From contig JAJZXU010000022.1 of NCBI GenBank assembly GCA_021806235.1, positions 12,606 to 76,605 of the forward strand: 64,000 nt of DNA, read 5' to 3'. Shown in pieces: positions 62,429 through 64,000 of the stretch. Under the pieces are notes generated by a model. It ran no database searches, was not told the origin of the DNA, and saw only the letters and a list, made by a program, of their open reading frames with translations. Made by a program: the position numbers and the translations under genes. Numbering within the stretch: the first letter of the stretch is position 1; every line of letters begins with the position of its first letter. The DNA is from Thermoplasmata archaeon (GTDB lineage Archaea > Thermoplasmatota > Thermoplasmata > Thermoplasmatales > Thermoplasmataceae).

Positions 62429-62763
62429 AGATCATTGCACCTCTTTGAATCAAAAACGGGATATTTAATATTATACCTGTTCAAGGAATATATTATTATT
62501 TCTGTTAATGACTTTATATATTCATCATAATTTTCTATAAATTTGAATACATTATATTTTTGGTCTATCAGCGTATTATACAGTTCATCAGGTGATATTT
62601 CACCTCTCATGCTTTTTATCAATATATTCATGAAATTTTCATTTACAACCTTATTTTTTTTATGGTATAATTTCATGTTTTCATCTATGATATTGTACGC
62701 ATTGTCTATTTCACCCTCAACCATTGACGCTTTAAATACTTCCAGTACATCTTCAATATTCAC
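62425..62763 (-). CDS. Hypothetical protein downstream of nuoN
   Basis: GTG start with SD GAGGTG overlapping the nuoN stop. Confidence 0.65.
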   Translation of the reverse strand: MNIEDVLEVFKASMVEGEIDNAYNIIDENMKLYHKKNKVVNENFMNILIKSMRGEISPDELYNTLIDQKYNVFKFIENYDEYIKSLTEIIIYSLNRYNIKYPVFDSKRCNDL

Positions 62764-62772
62764 ATAACCACC

Positions 62773-64000
62773 TCATATAATTGCTATCCCGATTAAATAT
62801 GTGTATAACGTAAAGGCAAATCCAAGAGCTATTGTTATTAAAGCCATTATTATAACACTATATTTTATTTCCGGACTCATATCGAAATCATTGTCCCCAG
62901 GTTTCCAGAATGAATATAATATTATCCTGAAATAATAGAATACGGATATAACACTATTCAGTATTGATATCACTGCAAGCCACCATAGACCGCCTATTAT
63001 TAACGTAAAAAACAGGAAATACTTTGCCAGAAATCCCCCGGTAACAGGTATGCCCGCAAGTGCTAATAGTAGAATAGCAAGTGAAAAGGCAGTCACTTTC
63101 GATTTTCTGGCCAGGCCTATAAAGTCGTCGATCATAATTTTGTCCTTCTTTACCAGACTCATTGCTATAAATGGACCTGCCTTCATGAATATATACGCCA
63201 GTGAATAGAACATTGCTATTGCTATGCCGAATCTTAATAGTGTTGTTCTTGAAACCAGTGCGGCATTATAATATGAATAACCTATTATTGCGAATACCAA
63301 AATTAGATTGCCTGCCTGTGCAACACTGGAATATGCGAGTGTCCTTTTTATGTTATTCTGTGACAGTGCTGAGATATTGCCATACGTCATTGTTAATATT
63401 GATAATACTGCAAAGAAGTAGAATATATAGTTATAATCAGGAATAAAACCGAGATATAAAATTTTTAATAATACCATATATGCCACAAGCTTGCTTCCTG
63501 TTGATAAAAATGATGAAATTGAATTGGGTGAACCATCGTATGTATCTATTGCCCATTGATGCATCGGGAATATTGCGATCTCAAATCCAAAACCTATTAT
63601 TATAAATACCAGTGCTAACAGTAACGCCACGTTCGAGTATAGTTTGCTAACTGCCAGTAAATTAAATGTCCTTGTTGCAAAATAAAAGTATGATATACCT
63701 AAAATGGTAAATGCTGTTCCTATTGTACTTATAACAAAGTATTTTAAAGAACCTTCAAGATTCCTTTTTGTTCTATTGTATGCCGCCAGGATGTATGTTA
63801 TAACGCTTACACCCTCAAAGGAAACAAATAATACGATCAGGTTAAATGTATACGCAGCTATTACCATACTCAGTGTCATGAATAAAATTAGGGCATAAAA
63901 AACATCATGTTTATTCTGTATGTCATGCATGGATGGCAGTATTATAACCATGGATGATACTATAAATATTAATGCCCAGTATGTATTGAAATCTGTAAAA
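62773..64000 (-). CDS. nuoN: NADH-quinone oxidoreductase subunit N (5' end outside the window)
   Basis: EGSLKYF, FPMHQWAIDTYDGSP, NIKRTLAYSSVAQAG, LAGIPVTGGFLAK, SVFYYFRI. Confidence 0.93.
   Translation of the reverse strand, partial: FTDFNTYWALIFIVSSMVIILPSMHDIQNKHDVFYALILFMTLSMVIAAYTFNLIVLFVSFEGVSVITYILAAYNRTKRNLEGSLKYFVISTIGTAFTILGISYFYFATRTFNLLAVSKLYSNVALLLALVFIIIGFGFEIAIFPMHQWAIDTYDGSPNSISSFLSTGSKLVAYMVLLKILYLGFIPDYNYIFYFFAVLSILTMTYGNISALSQNNIKRTLAYSSVAQAGNLILVFAIIGYSYYNAALVSRTTLLRFGIAIAMFYSLAYIFMKAGPFIAMSLVKKDKIMIDDFIGLARKSKVTAFSLAILLLALAGIPVTGGFLAKYFLFFTLIIGGLWWLAVISILNSVISVFYYFRIILYSFWKPGDNDFDMSPEIKYSVIIMALITIALGFAFTLYTYLIGIAII

Overview
AT-rich, gene-dense archaeal chromosome segment. 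The gene set (TA0956-like and DUF3834-like proteins, gyrA/gyrB, a TPP riboswitch, archaeal aIF5B/L7Ae/L24e/S28e/TFS) points to Thermoplasmatales, probably Ferroplasma/Acidiplasma-like; this is inferred from recognised families, not from a database search. Most of the window is housekeeping: pheS, purEK, carAB, htpX, nth, ferredoxin plus geranylgeranyl reductase, srp54, tfs, asnA, cbiG/cbiA, thiE, speD, infB-ndk-rpl24e-rps28e-rpl7ae, apgM, rnz, hom, gyrAB, gltX and nuoN. There are two tRNA-Ser genes. Three accessory regions stand out. (1) A visibly GC-richer NAD-linked formate dehydrogenase pair at the left edge. (2) An ~11 kb defence/mobile island next to tRNA-Ser(GGA), containing a DUF4011-SF1 helicase-Vsr-like (Hhe-type) protein, a decayed IS4, a TPP-riboswitch-controlled MFS transporter with an overlapping uORF, an intact ISH3-type IS and a fused Type IIG-like R-M enzyme. 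(3) A two-gene locus encoding a secreted precursor with a Cys-bracketed hydrophobic C-terminal peptide plus a small membrane protein, behind a pentamer microsatellite promoter; this is a candidate archaeocin/immunity system.
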